NCBI RefSeq assembly: GCF_006345805.1
Contig: NC_043001.1
Coordinates: 113,398,001-113,462,000 of the forward strand
From: Octopus sinensis
Lineage: Eukaryota
Direction of reading: 5' to 3'
Length of the DNA stretch: 64,000 nucleotides
Below, piece after piece: positions 38,599 to 51,653 of the stretch; position 1 is the first letter of the stretch, and every line of letters begins with the position of its first letter. A model generated the notes under the pieces. That model did not search any database. It was not told the origin of the DNA and saw nothing but the letters and a program-made list of their open reading frames with translations. A program made the translations under genes and the position numbers.

Positions 38599-38867
38599 AC
38601 TAAGAATTTGATATATCTTACTGCATACACTCGTCTAACATCTTACGCGTCAACTAAATCCCTCGTAAGATTTTTCTGAACACATTAACTTATTGGAATT
38701 TGAGGCGTAGCGTTAACAATCGTTACGCACTGCATTTATTTGCATTCCATCTATGTTGAGTGTTCAAATCCCACCGGGTTACGACTTCCTTTTAGATTTT
38801 TCTCCATTACCAATTTGCTGGCATAATCCAAAGTCAAAAGTAATCCCTTCTACTACTACTATTACAA

Positions 38868-38921
<54 letters not shown>

Positions 38922-38940
38922 TATTATTATATGCATTATC

Positions 38941-38977
<37 letters not shown>

Positions 38978-39164
38978 TATTATTATTATTTATTATTATT
39001 GTTGTTGTTGTTGTTGTTTCGATATTTATGTATAATAAGAAAAGTGATATTTATTGTTGGTTCATTCTATAGCGAGCTAGATTATATTTCAATTCTCGAA
39101 TGTTGATGTTTTTAACATGCATTACATAAATCTAAACACACACACACATGTATATACATGCAAT

Positions 39165-39209
<45 letters not shown>

Positions 39210-39293
39210 CATACGCATGTTTATATATATACATATGCATCTCCATATATATATCTATATCTATATCTACCCACACACACACACACACACTCC

Positions 39294-39327
<34 letters not shown>

Positions 39328-39409
39328 ATATACATATATATATATATAATATATATATATAATATATATATATATATATAAAGTATATATACATATATAT
39401 ATATATACC

Positions 39410-39456
39410 GTCTCCGATGAAGGGATGTAAAAACGTCCTGGAAACAGCTGTAAGAC
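39410..39456 (+). ncRNA. Type I hammerhead-like motif (CCGAUGA core)
   Basis: GTCT-CCGATGA-A-GGGATGT.AAAA.ACGTCCT-G-GAAAC-AGCT-GTA-AGAC; palindromic stem III ACAGCTGT. Confidence 0.55.
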
Positions 39457-39569
39457 CTTCTATTTAGAAATGTTCTTAAATGTTCACAGGCTTGGGTTTT
39501 TTTATCTCATTCTGAAAAAAAATTTATACATATATATGTAAAGATGTATATATACATATACGTATGCAT

Positions 39570-39621
<52 letters not shown>

Positions 39622-39779
39622 CAATATGTACATATATATATGCATGTTTTATATATATGCATGTTTATATATATATATATATGTGTATACAAATATATAT
39701 ATGCATATACAATATAAATACATACATACATACATACATATATATTATATATATATATATATCATATATATATATATAT

Positions 39780-40154
39780 GGAGGGCAATGCCCATGGTTA
39801 GGGCAGTGGGACTCGCGGTCATAGGATCGTGGTTCGATTCCCAGACCGGGCGTTGTGAGTGTTTATGAGCGAAAACACCTAAAGCTCCACGAGGCTCAGC
39901 AGGGGGTGGTGGTGATCCCTGCTGTACTCTTTCACCATAAACTTCTCTCACTCTTACTTCCGTTTTCTGTTGTACCTGTATTTCAAAGGGCCGGCCTTGT
40001 CACTCTCTGTGTCACGCTGAATATCCCCGAGAACTACGTTAAGGGACACGTGTCGTGGAGTGCTCAGCCACTTACACGTTAATTTCACGAGCAGGCTGTT
40101 CCGTTGATTCGGATCAACCAGAACCCTCGTCGTCGTAACCGACGGAGTGCTTCC
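39780..40154 (+). mobile_element. SINE family R, full length
   Basis: ggagggcaatgcccatggttagggcag..ggaaccctcgtcgtcgtaaccgacggagtgcttcc. Confidence 0.9.
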
Positions 40155-40574
40155 ATCCCATATATATATATATATACATATATACATATATGTGCTTGTG
40201 TGTTTGTGTGTGTTTGTGTGTGTGTATTTGCACAGATATATACATATATACAGAGTGATAGGAGATACTCAACTGTTTAAATCATCCAGAGGTATGACGA
40301 ACTCAATACACGGGTTGAGAGTGGTTAATAAATTTTCTTTTAAGCTGAAATTACATAACCGTTATTAGTGTCAGGTACTGGCGAATTCTAACCAACAAAG
40401 AAAGAAATGACAACAATTTGTATTGTTATTAATGAAGCTTATAAAACTGCATTATCAGTGATAATGTGCAAATAAAAAGAGCACATTATCAATGGAAAGT
40501 GTTTTGGTTCGTTGCTGGTTTATTGTGAAGATTCCCTCCCTCTCAGTCGTTCATCTCCTTAACGTTTTGATATA

Positions 40575-41515
40575 CAGGGTGGTCCAAAATTAGGTTTACA
40601 GTTATTCAGCTATACTCTTTACTCTTTTACTTGTTTCAGTCATTTGACTGCGGCCATGCTGGAGCACCGCCTTTAGTCGAGCAAATCGACCCCAGGACTT
40701 ATTCTTTGTAAGCCCAGTACTTATTCTATCGGTCTCTTTTGCCGAACCGCTAAGTGACGGGGACATAAACACACCAGCATCGGTTGTCAAGCAATGCCAG
40801 GGGGACAAACATATACACACACACTTATATATATATACATATATACGACAGGGTTCTTTCAGTTTCTGTCTACCAAATCCACTCACAAGGCATTGGTCGG
40901 CCCGGGGCTATAGCAGAAGACACTTGCCCAAGATGCCACGCAGTGGGACTGAACCCGGAACCATGTGGTTGGTAAACAAGCTACTTACCACACAACCACT
41001 CCTGCGCCTATTCAAATTCATATATTAACAGTTTAGATCTTATAAAAAAAATATGAAATCATTATCCTAAGCTAATTTAGTTAATTATGTGAAGCTTCCT
41101 TTTCAGTTTGTAATTGTTTCCTTTTTTTGCAGGTACTGTAAAGCGTGAGCCATGGCAAACAATTTAAATCAAGACCTGACACCAATGGGTTTCGTTTTTG
41201 GGGGTGTTGCAAAGAACAAGTTTTATGAGAAGAATCCAAAACAGTAAAGATTACATTTCTGATGCATTCACTGAAATTGATGGAGATCAGAATTTGTGCT
41301 GCACTCTGTGTCAGAGTGTTCTGAAGAGGTTTGAAGAATGTTGCAATGTTGAAGGAAGGCATTTTGAGCATCTGAGAGATTAAACATTGTCTGTTTAAGA
41401 TGCGCATAAACAATATGGTCGTAAGATAGAAATTTAATTTAAATGTAATAAAATGTTTTAAAAGAAATTTAAAGTGCCTATGTGATAACTGCAAACCTAC
41501 TTTTTGGCTACCCTG
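40575..41515 (+). mobile_element. Internally deleted Tc1/mariner transposon with ~31-bp imperfect TIRs and TA target duplication
   Basis: TA|CAGGGTGGTCCAAAATTAGGTTTACAGTTAT ... ATAACTGCAAACCTACTTTTTGGCTACCCTG|TA; transposase C-terminus PDLTPM.F..G..K.K.YEKNPK..DYISDAF..CQSVLKRFEEC..EGRHFEHL. Confidence 0.8.
40611..41009 (-). mobile_element. SINE family C nested inside the Tc1/mariner element
   Basis: Full-length copy beginning about 5 bp inside the end of the left TIR. Confidence 0.9.
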
Positions 41516-41612
41516 TATACTAAATCTGTTTTGCTCGTCTGTTTATCTGTCAGTCCATTTCTCTTTCATGTATGTATGTATGTATGTATGTATGTATCTA
41601 TCTATCTATCTG

Positions 41613-41945
<333 letters not shown>

Positions 41946-43494
41946 TCACTGTATCGCGGCGATACTGAAACCTATTCTAAATCTACAAACATACTCGCAC
42001 ACGCGCGCACACACCCAGAGACAGAGGTAACTGTGTTTACGTCCCATTGACAAAGGAAACCGATGGAATAAGTATTAGGCTTAAAAAATAAGTCGAATAA
42101 AACCTTCAAGGCATTTCTTCAGCATGCTCGCAATCAACGAACCACAGTATTAGGAACACTTAGAAACATTTAAAAATCCACGGCAAATGCACATTTCGTG
42201 ATTCTGCGATCTTTGCTATTGTATATAGGAGGGGTAGTCATGAAAACTGCTTTGGTTCGTTGGAAATAAGGAAAATTTGAAAATAAGCTCTTTTTTAAGA
42301 AGCTGTTTTAATGCATATGGATAAAGAAATAATATTCTCTAAGACGTAAAATTTTGGAAGGAATATTCCAAGTGATTCGAATATGTCTTATTGCACGAAA
42401 CTGCTAGAGACAAAATAGACGTAACAAGTTCCAACTGTCTAAATTTGGAGCTTTACTTGTTTAAGAAAGATAGTGATTAAATTTGGTTTGGTTCTTGTGA
42501 AGAGTTGAAGAATTTAAAAATGCATGCACAAACTAACACATACACACACACATCAGGCATATACACAAACATATATACCTATATAAATTCATTTATATGT
42601 GTGGATGTGTTTTTGAGGGAGCGGTTGTGTACGTATGTGTATAGATGTATGCGTGTGTTTGTAGTTCAAACTATTTTTTAAAACCCGGGGTTTTTTTTAA
42701 TCAAAATTCCTAAAATGAAAATGTATAATAAACCCTGCCCTTTTTGCACGTTCTTCATACACCAGGAAGTAATAAAAAAAAAATTGTACGAGGAAAAAAG
42801 TAGAAAAAGACAAAAGAAACATTTAAATATATAAGCAAGTTAAAATTTTATCGCTTAAGCAATAAAAGACGGACATATATAATTTAAAATGGCGACTAGA
42901 AATGAAAAAGAATTTGGAAAACACTTTCTCGAAAAGCCTACTAAATAAGGTCGCAAAGTTCTCTTTTACACCTACACCAACGAGAACAATAAGAGAAGTT
43001 TAAATAGAGAAGGCTTCTCACGTTGAAGGTGAGTGTTTTTTGAAAGAAATATCTCTAATTATCAACGACAGCTTATATCTAAGTAGAAATAAACAATCGA
43101 GTGCTCCCTCTCATTCCACTCACTCGCAGATGTTTAGAGTATTTCAACGGTTGGGGGAAATTCTTTCTGTTGATGTAGAATTTATTGCTATGATTTCTTA
43201 CTTAATGCATTTTCACAGTCTATCCAAATACTTTTGACGAGAAAATTCAATCAAAAGTTGATTTCTAGTTTCTAGTTTCAAGTTACTTCCTCTGCTAGAA
43301 TAATTTTCTCCTTACTAAGATGGCTTGCAGTCGCGTTAAGCATGCATGTATGTATATATAGTTGCATGTATTTACATAACTGTGTTTCTACGTACATGTG
43401 TCTGTATATGTATGTAGTATGAATGCATGTTAATATACATATATGTGGGTATGCAAGTATAATACATACATACATACATACATACATACATACA

Positions 43495-43528
<34 letters not shown>

Positions 43529-43541
43529 CACGCACACAGAA

Positions 43542-43599
<58 letters not shown>

Positions 43600-43659
43600 A
43601 ACAATCTTACTTAGAAATGGATGCGTGCGTTCCAAGCGCTTGCATACGCATATATATAT

Positions 43660-43691
<32 letters not shown>

Positions 43692-44229
43692 GATATATAT
43701 ATATATATATATATATATACGTATATATATGCATACACCACCAAACACACAAACACACATATATATATAACTGCACATATATATATTCACATGTGTATAT
43801 ATTTTTGTGTGTGTATGTGTGTGTGTTTGTGTGTCTGTCTATATGTATTTATTTACGTATGTATGTGCGTACGTTTTCATGCACCAGCGTATGAACAGAA
43901 GACAGTCAGCAGAAAGCCGTGTACAAGATAATTACAAATGACATCTCGCCATTTTGCACATCGTAAAGAGCCAAACCGAAAATGAACTGCGATGCGAAAG
44001 AGGCTTTGAGGAGTAATCTATGGTGGTGCTATTTAATTGCCATAGCTACTGATCACCAGAACAAATTGACTAAATCAACAAGTAATGTACTTTTCAGTGC
44101 TGCCTTACAGTGAGCCGGTATTGTATTAATGGCTTTCTTGTACGGCATGCAGTTTTCTGAAATGACGTTTCCATAGATCGCAGCCTAAACATGCCCTCAC
44201 ACATGCACGCGCGCGCACACACACACACG

Positions 44230-44261
<32 letters not shown>

Positions 44262-44485
44262 CACACACACACACAAACACACACACTCACACACTCACAC
44301 ACACAGAGAAGCACACAGAAACACACTCATGTGCGTACGCACGCACGCACCCGCGGACATAATCGTTAATGTACAGATATACTGAATAACAGTAGTACAC
44401 AAACACACACACACACGCACATATATACACGTGAGTGTGTGTGTGTGTGTGTGAATGTGTGCGTGTATGTTTGTATATATATGTG

Positions 44486-44529
<44 letters not shown>

Positions 44530-44596
44530 TAGATAGATAACTGTTAATACGTGTTGTGCATGTACGTGTGTATATATATACATCTATACATATATG

Positions 44597-44642
<46 letters not shown>

Positions 44643-45023
44643 TGTGGTGTATATATATACATATATACACGCACATATATATAGTATATGTGTATATATT
44701 CCCAAATATACTATATGCGATACATATGCATTCACACGCATGCATGTATTTATATATATACATATATAATTACATATACAGATATATACATGCGTATATA
44801 CACAGATATAGATATATGTACGTAATATATACATGCATATACGTATATACACAACCCTATTTACACACATACTGATCTGTAATTGTTATACATGTATATA
44901 GATTCAAGCGTACATATGTATATATTCTCTCATTGTTGCACACACACACACACACTACCATATATTCTTATACACACAAATAGTCAATCACATTTATCAT
45001 GAATACAACAGTTCCCTTCTTAT

Positions 45024-45437
45024 TTCGTTATTGCCCACAAGGGGCTAAACAGAGAGGGGACAAACAAGGACAGACAAAGGGATTAATTCGATTATACCGA
45101 CCCCACTTCGTAACTGGTACTTATTTAATCGAACCCGAAAGGATGAAAGGCAAAGTTGACCTCGGCGGAATTTGAACTCAGAACGTAACGGCAGACGAAA
45201 TACATATTTCATTACTACCCACAAGGGGCTAAACACAGAGAGGACAAACAAGGACAGACAAACGGATTAAGTCGATTATATCGACCCCAGTGCGTAACTG
45301 GTACTAATTTAATCAACCCCGAAAGGTTGAAAGGCAAAGTCAACCTCGGCGGAATTTGAACTCAGAACGTAGCGGTAGATGAAATACCGTAAGCATTTCG
45401 CCCGGCGTGCTAACGTCTCTGCCAGCTTGCCGCTTCC
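45024..45437 (-). mobile_element. Head-to-tail dimer of SINE family M
   Basis: Units at 45024-45204 (head-truncated) and 45205-45437. Confidence 0.85.
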
Positions 45438-45483
45438 CTTCTGCATTATAAATGTTTTTTCGTTTTATCATTTTTCTTAAATG

Positions 45484-45585
45484 GAAGGCGGCGAGCTGGC
45501 AGAGAAACACTGAGATCGATGTAATCGACCATCTCCCTCTCTGAAATTTCAGGCCTTGTGCCTATAATAGAAAGGCTATTTTTCT
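45484..45585 (+). mobile_element. Internally deleted SINE family M
   Basis: gaaggcggcgagctggcaga joined directly to gatcgatgtaatcgac..gccttgtgcctataatag. Confidence 0.7.
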
Positions 45586-45799
45586 TATGTACTTTTACGT
45601 GTCTATGTATGTATGTATGTATGTATGTATGTATGTATGTATCTATCATGTAAATGAGAGTATGTGTGTGTTTATGTGTGTCTGGATATATGTACATTTA
45701 TATTTAAATACATACACACACAAATACATACATGCATATATAAATACATAAATACATACATTATAATTCCCATTTGTACCTATCACTATAGATCCATTA

Positions 45800-46100
45800 G
45801 TTTATATGCCAACAATTTTGCACAAAAACCTTGAAATATTCTGAAAAAAGATACCGACACGGATTCTCCAAATCTAATCTATTAATGGTACAGTGAATAT
45901 TTGTAAAGAAATTCCAAGAATTCTCTATCTGAGATTCTTTTATGACCAGATGCACACACCTGGGTGCATGCATCAACTGTTCAACCAACACACCAACTCA
46001 ACCATATATTTACAAACACTGGGAACTGCAATGACTGAAAAAGTATTGTCACTCTGTTGGCAACCAGCTTGAACTCTCTCAAGAGGAGCTTAAATTAAAC
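45800..46100. repeat. Unclassified repeat, diverged sister of 46950-47260
   Basis: Shared blocks cggattctccaaatc.aatctattaa, gatgcacacac, caacacaccaactcaacca, aaaaagtattgt. Confidence 0.6.
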
Positions 46101-46122
46101 TCGAAGAAATGTCATACATCCA

Positions 46123-46357
46123 ATCATATACATTCAAACATAAAAGAGATACCCGAAGAATAGGATATCTGACTCGCTAGAAAGAGCAGTTAGAAACTCT
46201 AAGCCACCAATTGTTGTAATTCCGAAAGTGATTGAAAAATAAAAACGTCACTTTCGGAATTATAACAATTGGTGACTTGGAGTTTTTAACTGCTCTTTCT
46301 AGCGAGTCAGATATCTTATTCTTCGGGTATCTCTTTTATGTTTGAATGTACACGATT
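46123..46357. repeat. Fold-back palindrome with ~103-bp arms and a 16-nt loop
   Basis: 46129-46231 versus 46248-46350 are reverse complements with 5 transition mismatches. Confidence 0.95.
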
Positions 46358-46585
46358 ATTCTCTGAATAATATATATTCTATTGACTAATTTTTTCTCGC
46401 TAGACCACAATTTTTCGATATTCTTGTTACCCTAAGTTTTTAATTAATGATACAATCATATACATACAGCTGGTTAGCGGATGTGAATGTACCATCCATA
46501 GTCCAAGTAAAAGAGGTCTTCACGGTGAATTGATACGGAGGACTCACAGTTCTTGTACCCTGACTATAAATTGTCTTTTGTACCT

Positions 46586-46941
46586 GGCAGCGGACTCGCG
46601 GTCATAGGATCGTGGTTTCGATTCCCAGACCGGGCGTTGTGAGTGTTTATTGAGCGAAAACACCTAAAGCTCCACGAAGCTCCAGCAGGGATGATGGTGA
46701 TCCCTGCTGTACTCTTTCACCACAACTTTCTCTCACTCTTACTTCCTGTTTCTGTTGTACCTGTATTTCAAAGGGCCGGCCTTGTCACTCCCTGTGTCAC
46801 GCTGAATATCCCCGAGAAGCACGTTAAGAGTACACATGTCTGTGGAGTGCTCAGTCACTTACACGTTAATTTCACGAGCAGGCTGTTCCGTTGATTCGGA
46901 TCAACCGGAACCCTCGTCGTCGTAACCGACGGAGTGCTTCC
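46586..46941 (+). mobile_element. SINE family R, slightly 5'-truncated
   Basis: Near-identical to 39780-40154. Confidence 0.9.
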
Positions 46942-47479
46942 CTTAGGTGCATTAGGCTATTTACCTACAAATTCACAGAAAAACATAAAATGGTAGGTTT
47001 CTCGAAGAAAGAGCAACAGAAACTGACGCGGATTCTCCAAATCCAATCTATTAAGCAGCACAGTGAGGATTTGTAAGACATTTCAAAGAATCTCCATCAG
47101 AAAATCTTTAGACAAATTGATGCACACACTTCGACGTGTGTATCGACAGCTCAAGCAACACACCAACTCAACCACTTCCTCAACTCAAAAAGTATTGTTG
47201 CTTTGTTAGCGACAGGTTTGAACTCTTTTAAGAACTTAAATAAAACTCAACGTAAAAACATATATTCATACATATTTATAAACACAAGTTCGCGTGCCGT
47301 TAGTCAGTCGGCATTCGAGACACAAACTGATATGTAATCTAAAACTACGAAACAGGGCATTAAACCCGCAATTATTTGAGATAATAATCCTGTCGGCTTT
47401 ACCACGTGTACAACATAATGGAAGAACTGCTGTCAGCGTGAAATATCCTGTGGTCTGAACCGACCATTGGAAGTCAAAA

Positions 47480-47700
47480 TATTGGTTTCAAATTTTGGCA
47501 CAAGGTCAGCAACTTTGGGAGAGGATGAAAATCGATTATGTCAACCTAAGTACTCAACTAGTATTCGTTTCATCGACCCCGAAATGATGAAAAGTGAAGT
47601 CGACATCAGTGGAATTTGAACTCAGAACGTAAAGACGGACGAAATGCGGCTAAGCATTTTGCCTGGCGTACTTACGATTCTGCTAGCTCACCACCTTACG
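47480..47700 (-). mobile_element. SINE family M, diverged
   Basis: Central domain and head are visible on the minus strand. Confidence 0.75.
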
Positions 47701-47705
47701 CATAT

Positions 47706-48082
47706 GGGTGGAAGCACTCCGTCGGTTCCGACGACGAGGGTTCCGGTTGATCCGAATCAACGGAACAGCCTGCTCGTGAAATTAACGTGCAAGTGGCTGA
47801 GCACTCCGCAGACACGTGTACCCTTAACGTAGTTCTCAGGGATATTCAGCGTGACACAGAGAGTGACAAGGCCGGCCCTTTGAAAATACAGGTACAACAG
47901 AAACAGGAATTAAGAGAGAGAGAGAGTTGTGGTGAAAGAGTACAGCAGGGATCACCACCATCCCCTGCCGGAGCCTCGTGGAGCTTTAGGTGTTTTCGCT
48001 CAATAAACACTCACAACGCCCGGTCTGGGAATCGAAACCGCGATCCTACGACCGTTGCCCTAACCACTGGGCCATTGCGCCT
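47706..48082 (-). mobile_element. SINE family R with a 17-19-bp TSD, inserted at the head of the family M copy
   Basis: (ct)caccaccttacgcatat at 47687-47705 and 48081-48099. Confidence 0.9.
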
Positions 48083-48595
48083 CACCACCTTACGCATATA
48101 CATAATATTGAAATGCGTATAAGAAGACCTAGTGTAATTAAAGTAAGCGTAAAATATAATTACCAGTCGTAATTCGTTCCTAAATGCAACAACTTCTTAC
48201 AACGGAGAATGAGACTGTTCGTAGACTAATGGCTCAATGATGGTTAATTAGGAAAATAATTATAACGACATATCTTATTTGACGACATGTCATGATATGA
48301 AGTTTGAAATAGAGCGAGAAAATAAACACGTATAAAGAAAGGTAATGACATCAATCACATAGAGAATGTGGACACAGTAATGAGCTTCTTACCAAAACGG
48401 TATTCTCCCGGGTCAGAAAGAGTAATGACTCACAAAGCAAATTCTCCTATAGATCAACGATAGAGATAAAATGATGAAGAAACATACAAAAACAGAATTT
48501 CTCTTAAGAGAATCCAGTTCACTGTTAGGGCAGGGGAGTGGGCAATAAATATATTATCAGAAGAGTCGTAGGATTGTCTTTCGCGTTGTTGTTCT

Positions 48596-49430
48596 TGTTT
48601 AACCCCAGGTGAGCACTAATCACGTAGATATTTTGGTTGTTATTGTTGTTGCTGTTGTTGCTTTTGTTATTGTTGTATGTGGTTGCTATTGTTGCTGTTT
48701 AACCCCAGGTCAGCTACAATCAAATAGATCTATGATTGTAGTTGTTTTTGTTCAACCACAAAACAGCCACGAGCTAATAAGACCCTATGACTCTCCTGTT
48801 GCTGCTGTACTTGTTTAACCCAAGGTCAGTCCGATCGCGTAGATCTATTGTTACTATTCTTGTTTTTGTTGTTGTTGTTGCTGTTTCTATGGTGGTGGTA
48901 GTGATTGTCGATGCTGTTTTTGTTTAACCCCAGGTCAATCCGTATCAGGTGGACCTGTGGTTATTCTACTATTATGTTTTGTCGTTAAGCCGGCGAGATG
49001 GCTGAGCTGTTAGCACGCCAGACAAAGCACTTAGCAGCATTTCGTATGTCTATACAATTCTGGATTTATGCTCCACAAAGTTCGACTTTGCCGTTCGTCC
49101 TTTCTTGGTCGATAAAATAAGTATCAATCAAGTACTAGAGTTGACTCAGTCGACTTCCTCCTACCCTCAAAGGCTGCTTGCTCTTGCCAGTGTTGTTTAA
49201 CCCAAGGATAGCAATAACCATGTTGACCTATGATAGTTTATAATATAGTTATTGTTAATGTTGCTGTTTAACCTCAGATCAGCTATGATCAAGCAGGCTA
49301 TAAATCTTGTTGTTGTTGGTGTTGATATTGTTGTTTAGTTCCAGTTCACTTACAATCAAATAAACCTATCATTGATACTGTTTTTGTTATCGAAGCTGCA
49401 TTTGTTTAGCTCCAGACCATCCCTGCCCAT
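48596..49430 (+). repeat. Array of nine ~40-bp motifs (TGTTTAACCCCAGGTCAG..ATCAA..AGA(C/T)CTATGAT) separated by (GTT)-rich spacers
   Basis: Motif starts at 48596, 48696, 48749, 48812, 48921, 49194, 49265, 49332 and 49403. Confidence 0.8.
48988..49190 (+). mobile_element. Diverged SINE family M inserted in the array
   Basis: gccggcgagatggctgag..gactttgccgttcgtcctttcttggtcgataaaataagta. Confidence 0.7.
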
Positions 49431-50199
49431 GTAGAAATATTATGAGAAGTGTCTGAACCACGAACACTATTTTACCTTTTTTTCTGACATATTTTATTTC
49501 TAACTGTGTAACTGCTCCGAAATACGTGGTTCAATCTCACAGCACTGTACTTTAATCAAATATCTATCTTCTATGAAAGTCAAGTGTCAATCAAAGCCTT
49601 GAAATCTGCTTGATGAAAATTGTGGCGTTGACTGAATCTATTACCCGATTAATATCACTAGCCGGTTCTTGTGATTCTTTGACGGTGCCCATTTCGTTGC
49701 AATCATTTAGATTTTATTGAACAACGCTGTGACTTACAGTAACATAATTAGTGGTTCTTGATGCCTCGAAATGCCGGCAGATTATGATGACACGTGAAAA
49801 ATCATGTCCAATTTCATTTCAAGTTATAATGGTCAGTTGCTTTACAAGGAAGTGACGGTTGTCAAATAATTCCAAACCTATATAACTTATATTATGAAAC
49901 TGAAATTTATTGATAGTGACGACACGCTACATTTTGAGCTCAAATCTTACCATTCTGTCTTCTAGAGACGATAAGATAAAGTACCTTTCAAAATGTGGGA
50001 TATGTTTAACATAGTGCTTCCCAAAGTTTAACCAAGTGCTTCCCTGGCAATATTTTAGTCGGTGGTGGGTTACTTCAGAACAGAGTGTAAGTAAATAACA
50101 AGTGAATAAAACGAGCCATAAAGTCAAAGGATTGTGTTTCACGTTGCCATAAAGTTTTAATTATAACTTCTTTTAAATAAAATATAATATAACATAATA

Positions 50200-50465
50200 C
50201 AATATCACATGATCTCGTGACCGACTAGGCTAGCAGATCTTGTTACACATCTCTGTTCACATTGCTCTTTTACATTGATTTAGCCTTCAATAGACGCCGC
50301 CCTGTTGGCTATCTGAGCAGGCCAACAACCCCGCTGATCGAAGGGAGTCTGGAGCAATGTGAAATGAAGTGTGAAATGACGTATTTTGCCCAATCAGGGA
50401 ATCGAACTAACTATCTAACGATCGTGAGTACAACAACCTAACCTGTAGGCCACACACCTTCACAT
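50200..50465 (-). mobile_element. SINE family V head/core with the tail seen at 6712-6850
   Basis: ctggagcaatgtgaaatgaag core; tail ..agcaggccaaca..tagccttc..cacattg..gttacacatc..gtgaccgac. Confidence 0.6.
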
Positions 50466-51399
50466 AACATAATATAATACATGTGTGTGTGCTATATACT
50501 TTGTCCGTTTCAGGTGGGTGGGGTGTACATTATTTGGAAAAATCAAAGTGGAGCGTGGAACAAATTAGATTGTGAAACACTGAACTAATCGATTATACAT
50601 TTTTCTTAAAAACATGGGACTATGTACCAAAGTTTGAAACCAATATTTGTAATACTTATCAATAAGGAATGATAGGTTTGTTGACAGAAATCTCGATACC
50701 TGTTGGCCTGGAAATTTGAATGCAGAGAGAAGTAAGGCAAATCCTATAAAATATAAAGTATGATGGATATCTAACAGAATGTTTCTTTTTTTACCTCAGT
50801 TCCCATAACCATTCAACTAGTGATCGTCTTTAACAGTGGCCGTCAACTATTTTTTGCCTCTGAACCCCCTTTGATTCCTGTCTTATTTTACTGGAACCCC
50901 ATGTTTTGTTTTAAAACAAACCATTATATTTTTATAATTAAATATCAGGAATTGTATAAAAAATTGCGAAAATATTTCGTGTATTGTAGAAGTATAACCA
51001 ATTTATTGCTCATAGACTTTAACAACAATATCTTATATGAACCTCTAAGGCTCTATATGGTCAATTAATCTGATAGATTGATCACAACCAAATCACACAG
51101 GCTAAGGAGATATGGATGTTATCCTATAAGCCTTATTATCTGAATAAAACATCAGAGGATAGTCACGCGTCGAGCGCTTTGATCAATTTTCTTCACAATT
51201 GTACCCGACCTCGGATACACAGCAACAACAAACAGTTGATTACCATTCGAGCCAATGATGGAGTCACTTCCGATTCACTCGAAGTGCTTGAAGTAGTAGC
51301 CAAATCTCTTTAGAATAGCTTTCTATTTTTTATCATTAAATATAACACACATAAGACAGTGTTATCCAAGGGACACTACGCCCGAAAAGAAGTCAGATG

Positions 51400-51653
51400 T
51401 CTTCGTCATGGCTAGCAAGCCCGTAGCTCGTAATTCCATCCCAATGGTAACGTTCGGTCTTCCAGGTTCCCCACCTAAACGGGACGCCGGTCCGTCGCAG
51501 GATTACTCATGTTTGCCAGCTGAGTGAACTGGAGCAACGTGAAATGAAGTGTTTTGCTCAAGAATACAACGCGTCGCCCGGTCCAGGAATCGAAACCACA
51601 ATCTTACGAGGATGAATCCAATCACCCCTGACCACTCAGCAACGCGCCTCCAC
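51400..51653 (-). mobile_element. SINE family V
   Basis: Reverse-complement match to 59250-59497. Confidence 0.8.

Noticed and set aside
39780-39860. tRNA genes (also the heads of the other SINEs)
   Set aside because: The tRNA-like heads run directly into SINE core and tail sequence, with no acceptor-stem closure or T-run terminator.
42886-43035. First exon (aaaATGG ... AAG|GTGAGT)
   Set aside because: Both ATG frames stop before the donor; it could at most be non-coding and has no other support.
48596-49430. CRISPR array
   Set aside because: Eukaryotic context, degenerate repeats, low-complexity spacers of unequal length and no cas genes.
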